A DNA stretch of 64,000 bases from contig OZ024741.1 of the NCBI GenBank assembly GCA_964016885.1, positions 374,852,001 through 374,916,000 of the forward strand. The letters run 5' to 3'. A program made the translations under genes and the position numbers. The notes under the pieces were generated by a model that made no database searches, had not been told where the DNA came from, and worked only from the letters and a program-made list of their open reading frames with translations. Every line of letters starts with the position of its first letter. The stretch's first letter is position 1. The stretch is from Eledone cirrhosa. Lineage: Eukaryota. Of the stretch, positions 1 to 13,196 are shown one piece after another.

Positions 1-2
1 GC

Positions 3-1539
3 ATTCTTGATAGAATTATACCTGAAATTAGAAGTTTGGCCCCTCTTGCACTGTGGAACAATTCTTTCGCGGTGATTGGTTGGTTCAACGGCATATGCAA
101 CAAAGAACATTACCGTTTTATCCAATTCGACATCAATAATTACTACTCCTCCATCACTTTACCACTTCTCCTTAGAGCTATCAATTTCGCTAAAACACTC
201 ACAGTGGTTAAGGATTTCGAAGTTGATGTCATCCTCAATGCTCGTAAGTCGGTGATTAATTTCGACGACTCTATTTGGATTAAAAAATCCAATAGTACCC
301 CTTTCGACGTGAGTATGGGCGCAAGCTATTCTGCTGAGGTTACTGATCTTATCGGCCTTTTCCCTCTTTTCTCTATCAAGGTTGAATTCCCCAACGTGGG
401 CAGTGGTTTGTACCGTGATGATGGTCTTTTGACCATGACTAAGTGAGGCCCTCGTGCTTGCGACAGGTTCAGAAAAGAACTCACAGCCTTCTTTAAAGGC
501 TTCAACCTCTCTATACAGGTTGAGGCCAACCTCTCGGTCGTTAATTACCTCGACGTTACCCTCAATTTATCGAATGGCTTGTATTACCCGTATAGAAAGC
601 CGAATGATACGCTTAATTACATAAGTAAGCATTCCAACCATCCTACCAGCATAACCAAGAACCTGGTAAGAAACGTTTCGTTGAAGCTTTCCCGTCTATC
701 TACTAACGAGCATATTTTCAACGACCATTCCACATATTACAATGAAGTTCTTGCTCGGAGTGGATTTGTCGATAAGGTAGCATATACAGAGTACGAGAAT
801 AGACCTAGAAGAAATAGATCCCGACGCATTATATGGTATAACCCACCATATAATATGGAGGTGGCCACACCATTAGCTAAGATCTTTCTATCCCTTATTA
901 CGAAGCATTTTCCCCCTACACATAAATATAGTAACATTTTTAATAGAAATACTATTAAAATTTCTTACTCTACGACTCCTAACCTTGCACATAACATCAC
1001 AGCTTCAAATTTAGCTAAACTACCTAACCGTAGGAACACGTGCAACCCTGTAGTTAGTACTAACTGTAATTGTAGGAATCGGGTTGATTGACCCCTATCC
1101 GGGAAATGCTTCTCTAGTAACATTGTCTACAAATGTAAGGTTGAAACACCCACGTCCCGTAGGGCCTACATAGGGTTAACCGCCAATAGATTCAAGCAGC
1201 GTCTTTACATGCATACCCATTCTTTTCGTTACCCTCAGAAGGAATATGACGTCACTTTCAGCTTATATCTGGAGTCTAAAAGACAACCACACCCAATATA
1301 AGTTACACTGGGAGATCCTAGCGCGGGCTAGATCGTATAACGGAAATAAAAGACCATGTGACCTCTGCGCTGCTGAGGCCCTGGAAATACTCTACGCCAC
1401 AGACCACATCTTAAACAAAAAATCTAAGGCAATTTCGGCTTGTAAACATAAATTGCACAAAACTTGTATTACAGCCCCACATTATACCCTAACGGATAGT
1501 ACGATCTATACGCGGATATTTTACGTCTTGATGTGGTAG
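3..1539 (+). pseudogene. PLE RT/GIY-YIG ORF, disrupted (in-frame TGA at 444-446 and 1089-1091, frameshift near 1240)
   Basis: ORFs 36-446 and 579-1091 share one frame joined across TGA. GIY-YIG continues in that frame to ~1240, then in ORF 1246-1539. Confidence 0.88.
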
Positions 1540-2420
1540 CTAAGTATATGTTATGTTTATACCATTACTTATTTGCATAGGTAAGTATATATTACCTGTA
1601 TGTTTTGTGAAGGTACGTATACTTTCTCGTACGTATATTTGATTGCATATGTTATGGCGTATATTTTATATATTCTGGTACATATGCTTTTGGTTATGTG
1701 TATACGTGAGTTTTGCGTCTGGGCGAGTATGCGGGTTCGTACGTATGTAGGGTGTGTGTATATGTGTACTTCGTGTTTTGGTTGACGTACGTCTCCGAAC
1801 ATTTGTGTATTTACATGTAGGTATGTGGGTGCGCTTGTTATATACGTATTTATTTATTTATATACGTTTATTTAATTATTTGTATACACGCACACACACA
1901 TATTTATATGTGCGTGTATTTGTATACCTATGGCGAGTGTTTTCGCGTATGCTTGTGTATGTACGTATTTGAATGCGTGTATGTATTTATTTAATTTCAA
2001 TTACCTCTGTATTTTATTTACTTTATTCTTTACTCTGAAGCGGAGAATCATTCGGTTTCCTAGTTAGAATTTTAGTCTTCGACTTCAGTTATACCATTTA
2101 CGTGGTTTTGTCTTTGCGTGCAATTGTTCTCCACGCTTCACATATGACGTATTATCTTCGTTTTTTCCGTTCATTGCCAGAGAACGTCTCTATGAACCAC
2201 CTAAGAGAATATTAGTCTACGACTTCTTTTATGCCATAAACGTGGTTCTGTCTTTGCGTGCAATTGTTTTTCACCGCTCCAAATAATGACGTATTATATT
2301 CGTTTTTTCCCGTTCTTTGCCAGGGAACGTTTCCACGAACCAAAGTATCGTCTTCCTGTCTTCCTCCGGTTGCAACGTTTTTTAAAATATTCACTTCTGC
2401 GTTTACAGATTGACTTTGTC

Positions 2421-2471
2421 AGTTTCAGAAGATCCCGTTAAGGGTGAAAGCAGCGATTCTTTGCTTAAACT
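2421..2471 (+). ncRNA. Type-I hammerhead-like motif with variant core CAGAAGA at the PLE 3' terminus
   Basis: AGTTT-CAGAAGA-T CCC GTTAA GGG T-GAAA-GCA..TGC-TT-AAACT; stems I, II and III pair; same sequence at 59761-59811 (-). Confidence 0.6.
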
Positions 2472-2479
2472 TTAATCTG

Positions 2480-2541
<62 letters not shown>

Positions 2542-2633
2542 GGGAACTGGTGAAGGCTTCAAGAACATTATCTTTGTCCGTTCCATTGTTTTAACTTTGA
2601 TTGCCTCGAGAACGTAACCTTATTATGTAAGAA

Positions 2634-2708
2634 GCTGTCTGATGAGATCATGGCACTGGGTATGCGGAATCACGTGGCCTCTCTCGACATTGAAATATGT
2701 ATCACAGC
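2634..2708 (+). ncRNA. Type-I hammerhead motif in an orphan PLE-type terminus between two (TA)n runs
   Basis: GCTGT-CTGATGA-(46 nt)-GAAA-TATGTA-TC-ACAGC; stem I GCTGT/ACAGC is perfect, stem II is long and imperfect. Confidence 0.65.
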
Positions 2709-2771
2709 CTTATCAATAAAGGGCTCCAACATCTGAAACTAGTTCGCATTTTCTTACCCCCCTCCCTCTCT

Positions 2772-2851
<80 letters not shown>

Positions 2852-2908
2852 AGAGAGGGAGGGGGGTAAGAAAATATATATATATAAGATATATATAAGG
2901 TGTGGTAT

Positions 2909-2994
<86 letters not shown>

Positions 2995-3386
2995 CCGTGG
3001 GTACTTAGTACCTACTGGAATATCTCTATTATTTATCTGAATTCTCCTTAATGTTGAGAAAAAAATGTTGTATCATGCTGCTATTTCTAGTAACATGAAA
3101 TATCAACGAGTCTATTATTCCCGCTTTTTATAACGGCCCATTTGTGTGGTGGTCATTTTAACGGCTTGATTCATACACCCGGCAGAAAGCGATACATCCA
3201 CATCTACGTGGATTTATATCTAGTAGGTTTGGAAAAGCTATCTGAAGAGCTATATATTTCCATTGGAAATTCTCTGAATTTCCAATCTTTTGATTGGCGA
3301 AACCGTCGGTCATGGCACTAGAAGAGGTAAATATTTAAATTGTATTTTAATTTATTTAAAATATTGTTTAATGTTTACTTGTTCCG

Positions 3387-3426
<40 letters not shown>

Positions 3427-3643
3427 ATCGATCGACTTTCGTCAAATCGGACCGAGGAAACAATGTTTTCTTCGGTCTTTCCAGTTGCTAGTACTATCTA
3501 TTGGTCGCAACTCCAGGTAGAAGGAGCAACGTGAAATAAAGTGTCTTGCTCAAGGACATAACGCATCACCCGGTCCAGAAATCGAACTCACAACCTCAAG
3601 ATTGTGAATCCAATTCTCTAACCACTCAGCCATGCGCCTTCAC
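3427..3643 (-). mobile_element. tRNA-headed SINE, family A
   Basis: Minus strand: A box TGGCTGAGTGG, B box GAGTTCGATT, core GTCCTTGAGCAAGACACTT; homologous to 39969-40175 and 47613-47806. Confidence 0.85.
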
Positions 3644-3912
3644 GTTTGAAGTAAGAAGGCCAGAACAATGCAGGTATGGATATAGAATATAAATACAAAT
3701 GCAAAAGATATCGCTGACAATTAGTCTCTTCTTCAGAGGGAAGTAAAGGGGTTAATCCCTTTACTTCCCTCTGAAGAAGAGATATTATCTCGAAACTTAA
3801 GGATATTCAAATAAATTTAAGGTAAAAGACTAATTGTCAGCGATATCTGTTGCATTTGTATTTATATTCTATATCCATACCTGCATTGTTCTGGCCTTCT
3901 TGCTCCAAACGT
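3642..3912. repeat. Fold-back inverted repeat containing a partial hammerhead (CTGAAGA..GAGAT ATT ATCTC GAAA CTTAAG)
   Basis: 3642-3727 is the near reverse complement of 3827-3912; inner palindrome at 3726-3781. Confidence 0.85.
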
Positions 3913-3955
3913 TTATACCTCACTACGCAATGCTTCAAGTAAACTACAATTTCCT

Positions 3956-4013
<58 letters not shown>

Positions 4014-4136
4014 TGTGTGTGTGTGTATGTGTATATATATATGTATAACTTTGACATTTGCCAAACATTCTCAAAGCAAAATCTCGAAATTGTTTCGAGA
4101 AAGTGATGTTAAAAAGATAGTCATATATATACTGAA

Positions 4137-4234
<98 letters not shown>

Positions 4235-5066
4235 TTGTGAATATATTATTGAACGCGTGTAGGTAAACTGTAGAGAATTCACAGGTTGCTAGAAGACTTG
4301 CGACAGTCTGTGGAAGACTTAACGAGAGAGGCCGAAAGTGACTGAGAGAGAAAGAAAGAGAGAGAAAGAGAGAGAGAGAGGGAGGGAGAGAGAGAAGGGG
4401 AGAGAGAGAATGAGAAGATGGAGAAGGAGGAGAAAGAATGAAATACGTGAGAGGAAAACACGAAACAAATGACAAATATTGTATGGGTATATTGTAGAGG
4501 TATGTCAAAGAAAAAAAAATAGAAATGAAAATGGTGGGGAGAGTGGGGACGGGCAGGGTCGGTATAAAGTGATAATAGGGGAGAGAAAAAAAAAGAAAAG
4601 AAAAAGTGTATGAGACATAAAGAAAGATATGGATAGAAAGAAAGAAAAGGGGAGAAAGGCGAGGGCGGTGGTGGATAAGGCGTAATTGAGGAAAAGAACA
4701 CTTGAGAATATTTACCATTATTTATGGCTATTTTTACTTGTTAAATCGTCTCTGATAGTAAAGTAAGCACTAATGTCATTTGAGATAATAATAATATGTG
4801 ACACGACAGTTTCAACGTAGAAGACACAATTGTAGAGTGAAGACTTTGCAGATATGCGCAAACCTAACATTATCACGTTGGTCGTTTATTACAAACTGTG
4901 AATTGCCCTTCACTATCTTTTATATATATCACTTTCTCGAAACATAGTTTCGAAGCTTTTGCTTTTAGAATGTTTCGCAAATGTCAGAGTTAGAGAGATA
5001 TTGTATTTTGAAGTCCATACATTGACATGCCAGCGACAGTTTTCTATCTATCTATCTATCTATCTC

Positions 5067-5442
5067 TTTTTTTCAAATACCACTTTGGAAGAAAAATCAG
5101 GATGGAGAGAGAGGTGCTGTACCCCAGCAAGTTTTATGAAAGGTAGGTGAAAGTGACGAGAATGGCCCGAGTGAATGGGCCTTCTCTCTATATCAGCCTG
5201 TAGGTTGAGGAAAAGGAGGAGGAGAGGAAGGGAGTACAAACTCTTCGTACTCCTGGAGATGAGGGTTGCACATTTTTTTCGGGGGTATGTGTTACCCATA
5301 TGAACTGTCTCGCCTTATTGGGGAAAATCGATTAATTTTTAAAATTGCATTTGTGATAATATTTTACACGTTTTTATTGTATGTAAACTTCCCCCTTTGT
5401 ATTTGTCCCTTCTTTTGTGCCCCTGTGGCTAATAAAGAAACA

Positions 5443-5443
<1 letters not shown>
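5067..5443 (+). mobile_element. Tx1-clade LINE, heavily 5'-truncated (ORF2 end + 3' UTR), subfamily A
   Basis: Near-identical to 16404-16780; preceded by (CTAT)n 5044-5066; ends AATAAAGAAACA + (TATC)n. Confidence 0.92.
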
Positions 5444-5505
<62 letters not shown>

Positions 5506-5535
5506 ATATCTATCTATCTATCTATCTATCTATCT

Positions 5536-6473
5536 ACACCCTTCTAACGGAGGGCTGGGCATGCCGTGGCTGATGATACGCAAACACGCGCTGAGGCTAC
5601 GCCATCTCCAGGTATTCCTGACCGATGAACCGGTGTGGCTTTTGTTTGTGACACAAGCTTTTCCACAACTCGTATCACTAACAGAGCTACAGTCCTGGGT
5701 CAGCGAAGACCGAAAATTGGTGCCTGGCACCTCGAGTGCCTTCAGGCGCTCATAGCCCTCTACCAAGCGGAAACAGCAATCAGCGGAGACTCCACTTCGA
5801 CATTCTATAGGGGACTAGTGCAGGATAAGTGCGACGTCGTTCTCGGGGAAACTCTAGGCATCGAGGACGAACTGACCAGTCTGTTCGGGAGGACTTTCCG
5901 CCCAGGGCCTATGGATAACTTCCAGAGGTCGCTGGCCTGGCAGTGCTACCGAGGAGCTCTACCAGCTCGAGACAAAATCTACAGGCACGGACGCCCTAGC
6001 AGAGATCCTGCCAAAAGGACTTGTCCAAGATGCGAGCAGGACATCTGAGGGCAAACACCTTTCTCTCCGGACAACAACTTATCCCCTTCTTTAAGTACCA
6101 CTTCAGAAGGAAGGTGAGAGTGGAGAGAGAGGTGCTACACCCCAGTAAATTCGCTGAAAGGTGGGTGAATGTGGCGAAAACGGCCCGAGTGAATGGGCCT
6201 TCTCTGTATATAAACCTGTAGGTTGAGGAAGATAAACAGAGGGAAGACAGGAACACCTACAAAACGTGTTCCTGGTGTTGAGGGTTGTTCTATCCACGGG
6301 GTGTAAAACAACCCTGCAGTAACGTTCCCCCCTATTGGGATTTCAATTGTTATTTTATTATATATAGATTATTGTTATTTATTAATGTTAAAGTTATATG
6401 ATTTTTATGTAAAACCCCCACCGTCACGTCTTGTAATGTCCCATTTTTGTACGCCCCTGTGGCAAATAAAGAA
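5536..6473 (+). mobile_element. Tx1-clade LINE, 5'-truncated with an internal deletion near 6046, subfamily C
   Basis: HPSNGGLGMPWL, PMDNFQRSLAWQCYRGALP, CPRC, ARVNGPSLYINL; flanked on both sides by (TATC)n. Confidence 0.92.
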
Positions 6474-6517
<44 letters not shown>

Positions 6518-6518
<1 letters not shown>

Positions 6519-7325
6519 GCCCTCAGTAAAACTACACCACCACCACAACACAAACAGTCACAACACATTACCCAAAAACAAAATACAGTCCCACCCAACC
6601 CCTCACTCAATAAAACAACACAACCACCGCAGCCACAACACACAACACAGTCTAACACAGTGACATCCATCTCCCCCACAAAGAAAACCAACACGGAAAC
6701 ATTACCAGCAAACATACCTCTTCCCTCCAACACTGAAGATAACCCAACGAATTCGGAGGAAGAAACGGAGTCCTTCAGACAGATTAAAAGGAAAAAAAGA
6801 AAACATGTGCAAAACACACAAGGCCAAACAACCCCTACCCAAATGTCAACACAATCCAACAAAACACAAAACACACCTCCAGCAACAAACAAAACCAAAC
6901 CTGCCCCTCCCCTCTTCGAAACACTCACACCATCCGAAAAAAAGACATTACACTATACTTACATCAACAGAAACAATAATAAATTAAATGAACTCATAAA
7001 CAATAATCCTTCGGTACAAACCGAAGGTGTAAACTTTGTTTCTTCAGAAAACTACCCACATTTAAAATTAATAAAGATCCCAATGAACCTCTACCAAAAG
7101 CTAAAAAAGGATTTTAAGGAGGACGTAGGACCACCCTCTGTCAAACCCATAAACCGCGTCCTACTACAAAGCTTTCCCCCTCCTCTTCCCCTCCCCAACA
7201 CAACTCCAAACACCCCAACCCCACCACACACTGAAGACCCCACACCACCACAAGACACCCCTTCACCCAACACCTCCGACCCCATGGAAGTCGTGCGACC
7301 CGAACCCCGGGAAGCAGAAAGGTAG
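6518..7325 (+). pseudogene. Tx1 ORF1 C-terminal part (T/P/Q/K-rich)
   Basis: Homologous to 12500-13180 (YTYIN..N.PSV.TE..LKLI.IP..Y..LK..F..DVG...VKP.NRVLL). Confidence 0.8.
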
Positions 7326-7358
7326 GTCTCTACACTCTCCTTTGGCTTTGCCGCCCAC

Positions 7359-10300
7359 ATGGATGTGTTAAGAGTAGGATGTTTGAATGCACGTGGCCTG
7401 GGCTCAACTTGGAAGCAAGCAAAGCTTCTAAATGACCTCAGGTCATGTGGTATAAATGTAATGGTTATCTGTGAGACTCAGATCAGCGTCGTGCGGCAGC
7501 TGGCCCCTACCTTCGATGACTTTGAGGTGCATGCATCTCTCTGTCAACCTGGAGGTGGGGGTGGGGTTGTCGTACTGCTCGAAAAACACCTGGGTCTTGC
7601 CGTACAGGTTGTTCACTCGGACCCGGAGGGTCGTTTGTTGGTGCTAGACGTTGGCAGTAGTGAAGGTGTGGGCTTGAGACTGGTCGCCGTCTACTCCCCT
7701 TTCGGAGCTGAACGGCCCGACTTCTTCCAGCGTTTGGAGACTTTTCTGGGAACGTCGCGTTCCCTGTTTCTAGCGAGGGATTGGAATGACATCCTAGATG
7801 CACGTTGGGACTATGCAGGAGCATGTCCTAATAGAGGGGGGTGTAACAGCCTCAAGGGGTTACTCGACCGTTTTAACTTGGTCGATAGATATCGACTAGA
7901 TTTTCCAACTGTGCCAACCTGGACTTGGACGAACCACAGTGGTCAATCTAGATCGTACTTAGATAGATTCTTAGTTAGAAGTAAGGATAGGGACATATTA
8001 AGCTGTCCAGAAATGCTCACGGTTGGCTATACGGATCACAAATTAGTGACCTGCGTAGTCAATCTCGAGAAAACACATAAACAGGGTCCCGGTTACTGGA
8101 AACTTAATTTGTCTTTACCGGCAAAAGAGACTTACAGAAACCGGATTAGCAGATTAGTTAAGGAGAGGTTGACGGGTGCAATCGTCAACAACCGATGGTG
8201 GGCATCTCTCAAAAGAGAGATTAGAACAGAATCAATAAGTTATAGCAAGATGTTAGCTGCCGATAGGAATAGAAACGAGAAAGAATTAACAGGTAAATTA
8301 GAAGAGGCAATCAAGAGCGAAGATGTGGCCAGAGTGCTGGCATCGAGGACGGCCTGGAACCAGTTTTTCGATGCAAAGCACGAAGGCTGCGTCATTCGAA
8401 GTAAAATACGTGCTCTAGATAATGAGGGGGCCAAAGCCGTTGGCTGGGCCCGCGTGACAGAAGCTAAGAGTGTAAATCGATCCACCATCCGGTATTTGCA
8501 AGACGAGGATGGACGGGTGATCCGGGAGCCTAAGCAGATGTGCGAGGCCTTTCAAAGGCACTTTGCCCGATTATTCGGGGGAGGCGAGGGTCCGGGCGGG
8601 GACGTGGATTTCGGTCCATACCTCAACGGCCTGCCGCGTCTCTCGAGCGAAGAGGCAGAGTCCTGCGAGGGACCAATCTCGGCTGATGAGATCGGAGATG
8701 CGCTGAGCCAATGCAGCAAACGCAAATCTCCAGGTCTCGATGGTATACCTTACGAACTTTATTTAGCAATGCCGGTCTTCTTCTCCGAACTCCTCGAAGC
8801 GGTCTACTGCAATTGGCAGCAGAACGGGAGAATTCCTTGTTCTGTAGCCAAGGGCGTAGTCTCTCTGGTGAGGAAGGACGAGAACAAGGGGATAATATAA
8901 ATAATTTTCGGCCCATAACCCTGCTAAACACAGAGTTAAAGATTTTGGCCAAGGTGTTAGCAAAGAGGTTGGCGCTTGTCGTGGGTGGCCTGGTGGGAGA
9001 TGCGCAGACATGTGCTATCCCATCCAGGTCCATTCACGATAACCTCCACCTCATGCGATACATCATAGAGAGGGTTGGCAAAAAACCCGGCTTCGGTGGG
9101 GCCCTGATCAACTTGGATCAGTCTAAGGCCTTCGATAGGGTCGACCTGGATGCGGTGCTAGCGGCGGCTGGGTTCGGTCCTGTTTTCAGAGGTTGGATCA
9201 CTGCCTTACATAGCAACCACATCTGTTCTAGGATCAAGGTGAAGGGCTACCTTTCGAAGCCGTTCGAAATCACACGATCCATTCGACAGGGGTGCCCTCT
9301 CTCCTCCCTTCTGTACGTATTGACTCTCGAGCCTTTACTGAGGAAGTTGGAGTTGTTGCAGGGTATCCCCCTGGAACCAGGATTGAGCAAAGCGGTGTCG
9401 GCCTACGCCGATGACGTAACAGTAATGGTATCGACCGACTCGGAGATCGAGGCGATCGGTACCTTACTAGAGGATTACGAAAGGTTGTCAGGAGCGAAAT
9501 TGAACCGGGAAAAATCCATCGGGCTGCAACTCGGAACGTGGAGAGGCAGACCGATGCCTCCCGACGGTGTTGTCGGACACTGGACGGAGGGCCCGGTGAA
9601 GTTGCTTGGGGTCTGGTTTGGACCGGACCTCCAGGTGGAAAAGAACTGGGACGAGGTTACGAACAAGGTGTTTGCACTAACCCAGAAATGGGCCAAGTGT
9701 AAGCTGTCCCTAAAAGGTCGGGCGGAGGTGGCGAACATTTACATAGCGTCCGTCACTTACTACCGCCTGACTGTCGTGCCTTGCCCTAAGGAAACACTCA
9801 CCACCATGGAACGCATGCTCTTCCAATTTCTTTGGAAGAAACGCCCTCCTATGGTGAGAAGATCCATCTGTTGCCAACAACCTTCGAAAGGAGGGCTGGG
9901 GATGCCGTGGTTGATGATGCGTAGGCACGCATTAAGGCTACGGCACCTACAGGTATTCCTCACTGGTCAACCGGTGTGGGCTCCGTTCGTGAAACGAGCC
10001 TTTCCGAGACTCGTCTTGCTCACCGAGCTGCAGTCCTGGGTCAAGAAAAGATCCGGAAAACTGAGAGACTGGCACACTGAGTGTGCCCAGGCGCTCAGGG
10101 CTCTCTGGCAAGCGGACCAGGCCATCGGTGGAGAATCCACCTCCTCATTCTATAGAGGGCTGGTGGCTAGCAGGGGCGATGACACCCTTGGAGAGTCGCT
10201 GGACATGGAAGAGGACGAACTGGCCAGCCTGTTCAGTAGGACTTTCGGCCCGGGACCAATGGACAACTTCCAGAAGTCACTAGCCTGGCAGCACTACCGG

Positions 10301-10787
10301 GGGGCTCTACCCGTTCGAGAGAGGCTCTACAGACACGGGCGCCTGGGTAGGGATCCCTCGAAAAAGATTTGCCCTAGATGCGTGCGTCACGAAGAAACCG
10401 TTGCGCACGCATTGGTGCAATGTACGGGCGTGGCTGATCTGTGGGGCTACGCCGAACGACAGGCTGTTGCGGGTGGCGCCGATTCGATTGACCGCCGAGT
10501 CCGTGATGACAATCAAGCCGCCTCCCCTCTTCACAAAGGAAGCAAAGGCGGTTTTTCTGTGCGTAATAGCCATGTTGAAAGAGGTTGTTTGGTGGACACG
10601 ATTGAAAGGTCTGAGGTCAGGCAACTTCCTCTCTGGCCATAGTCTGGTCTACTTCTTCCGATATCACTTCGGAAGAAGGATAAGAATGGAGAGAGAGGTG
10701 CTTGGCCACAGGCAGTTTTATGAAAGGTGGGTGATAGTGGCGAGAATGGCTCGTGTAAATGGGCCTTCTCTGTATACCATCCTGTAG
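7359..10787 (+). pseudogene. Tx1 ORF2 (APE endonuclease, reverse transcriptase, C-terminal CCHC), frameshifts near 8895 and 10460
   Basis: GCLNARGL, ICETQ, DWNDILD, SYLDRF, YTDHK, PGYWKLN, KSPGLDG, FRPITLLN, LDQSKAFDRV, RQGCPLS, YADD (9404), CPRC..ETVAHALVQC. Confidence 0.95.
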
Positions 10788-11001
10788 GTAAAGAAGTGAA
10801 GGAGAGGGGAGCACCTTCTCCATGTGCTCCCCGGGCAAATGATTGCACACTTTTTCGGGGGTGTGTGCAACCCCCATCACGTCCCCTCCCTTTTGAGGTT
10901 GTTTTCGATTATTTTCATTTTATACCCTTTTTACTCGATTGTATGTAAACTCCCCCTTTGTATTTGTCCCTTCTCTTTATGCCTTTATGGTAAATAAAGA
11001 A

Positions 11002-11080
<79 letters not shown>

Positions 11081-11298
11081 AGACGTATGTAACTTCGCGG
11101 AGAAGTTTCCGTTAATTTATGTAAGAAAAAAACGTGAGTTTTTAGTTAAATTTAATATTATTGTGTAACTTGACCCCCTGTCTGGACCTTCAGCTGATGG
11201 ATCAACTCATTTTCGACCCTACAGGGGCGAAATATCCATTCGAAAAATTTTTTCTCCATCGAAACTTGGAAAAAATATTGTAAAAGTTTGATTACGTT

Positions 11299-13181
11299 AT
11301 GAACGCTGCGTCCAACGATAATGGTGGTGGAGAGGCGGTAAGACTACAAAGCTCGCAGTCAACAACGTCTTCACTAGATACTATAGAGATGGAAAGACGA
11401 AATGAAAATGTAAAAACGAATTCATATCCAAACAACACAAATGACACCAAACAGTTCAATGACAACAAAAATAACAGCAACACAAATAATGATGATAAAA
11501 GCAACAATGATAACAACAACAAAGAAAAAAATAAAGACAACACCAGCATCAAAGACAACAACAACACCAAGGAAAATACGGATGATACCAACATCGGTGA
11601 CAACAACAATAACAACAATAATGACAACACCACCAACACGGATTCCACAAAGAAACCAAAAATCTCCTTTGCAGAGAAAGTTTAAAAAAAGGAGGAATTG
11701 ATATATCTCGACATAACAAATGCTGAACAACTTTTAAAGGACGTTAGGAGATATGTCACTTTCGAAAAAAATGGTGCTTTCAGCATCAATTCTCCGGTAG
11801 AAATTCGCAAGGAAACTGCTCTCAAAACGATAGTTTTTAGGACAGTTTCCAATTCTACCCGAAAACCAGTCTAATTGTCACAGAAAGAAATTGAACTGGT
11901 TTTCAAAAATTCAATGAATGATATTGCATTCATTCAAAGAAGCAAACTTTTTGGGAGTATTTCGGTACTCATGAAGGATCAATTGACGGCCCCAAATTAC
12001 TCTGTGTCGCCAATTGTATCCAACCTGTACACCTTTTTCCCTACATACATGGGAAAAAGGACACAAAAGATCAGAATCACGAGTGTCACACCAAAGGTGA
12101 ACATATGGTAGATACTGTGCGGCTTCATCAATTTTGATGAAGACAGAATACTGTCAGTAGGCAAGTCCCCCAGAGATGTATTCAATGGGACTAGCATTGA
12201 AGTTCTGGTGCAAATGAGCCCAGAGCGAATAGCTATGATCCCACAGCGTGTACTCCTGGACGGACTCACCTACATAAACTTTTCGGTTGAGGGTAGGCGG
12301 CCTTCATGTTACCATTGCTTTAGCAGGGGTCACCTGAGGGCTTCCTGTCCTAAATTACAAAACAACAAAACAACAAAACCATCAACACCACCACAACAAC
12401 AACAACACCAACACACAAAAATAACCACAACAAACACAGTCCCACCCAACCCCACTCCACCTAAAACCACTGCAAAATCACATACAGACACAACAGCTCC
12501 CCAAGACATACTCCTCCCCAATCACACAGACGATACAACAGATGAGGCTATCTCGCCATCACCCAGTGAAGACGAGGGAGAACCCCATCGCTCGAAAAGA
12601 AAGAAAAGACATCACAAAAGCAAAAAACCAGCAAACACTACCACAAACATACAACCACCAACACAAACAACAAAAACATCACAAAAAACCCCCCCACCTC
12701 CTGAAAACAAAATACCGACAACAAAACGAAAGCACACACAAGAACTACAGACAAAAACAAACACAACACAAGAAAATTACACTTACACTTACATAAACAC
12801 TGAAAACAAAACGTTAATGGAGACCATCATGAACGACCCTTCGGTGAAAACCGAAGAGAAAACTTTCGCCCACTCTATCAAAAATAGCAAAAAACTGAAC
12901 CTAAAACTGATTAGGGTCCCTATACAAACTTATAGGTCCCTAAAAGAAACATTTGAGAAGGATGTGGGGAATTCCTGCGTGAAACCACTCAACCGCGTCC
13001 TTCTCAAATGTCTCCCCACCCCAGACACCCCATCCCGCCAGACCCCACCCCACCAAACATCACCGTCCCCACCCCGCCGGAAACCAACACCCATCCAGAC
13101 AACCCCTCCAACACCCCCATGGAAATCGTGCGGCCTGGTCCCCAGGAGACGAAGGGTGAGTGTACTCTTTTCCTCTTTTAA
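11299..13181 (+). pseudogene. Tx1 ORF1 (gag-like, zinc knuckle), disrupted
   Basis: N/D-rich N-terminus, SFAEKV, CYHCFSRGHLRASC (CX2CX4HX4C, 12307-12348); broken near 11683, 11873 and 12109. Confidence 0.82.
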
Positions 13182-13196
13182 CTTTTCAGGAACAAC

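Larger units (their letters stand above)
1..2486 (+). mobile_element. Penelope-like element (RT + Cys-rich linker + C-terminal GIY-YIG), 5' part outside window; 3' UTR/pLTR ends in a hammerhead motif and runs into (TA)n
   Basis: Motifs FIQFDINNYYSSI, FDVSMGASYSAEV, GLYRDDGL, YRKPND..SNHP, IIWYNPPY, CNC..PL.GKC, IVYKC..AYIGLTANRFKQR, CDLC..E..LNKKS. The 3' region is homologous to 59741-60420 (-). Confidence 0.93.
6518..11002 (+). mobile_element. Tx1-clade LINE, truncated within ORF1, subfamily B
   Basis: ORF1 C-terminus + APE-RT-CCHC ORF2 + 3' UTR ending AATAAAGAAA; (TATC)n at 6474-6517 and 11003-11080. Confidence 0.95.

Noticed and set aside
3590-3643. tRNA genes at SINE heads
   Set aside because: Only A/B boxes are present, followed by a shared SINE body; there is no complete cloverleaf.
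13156-13189. GTGAGT...TTTTCAG between Tx1 ORF1 and ORF2, resembling an intron
   Set aside because: It is only ~34 nt, splicing would not put the ORF1 C-terminal frame in frame with ORF2, and subfamily B lacks the acceptor.
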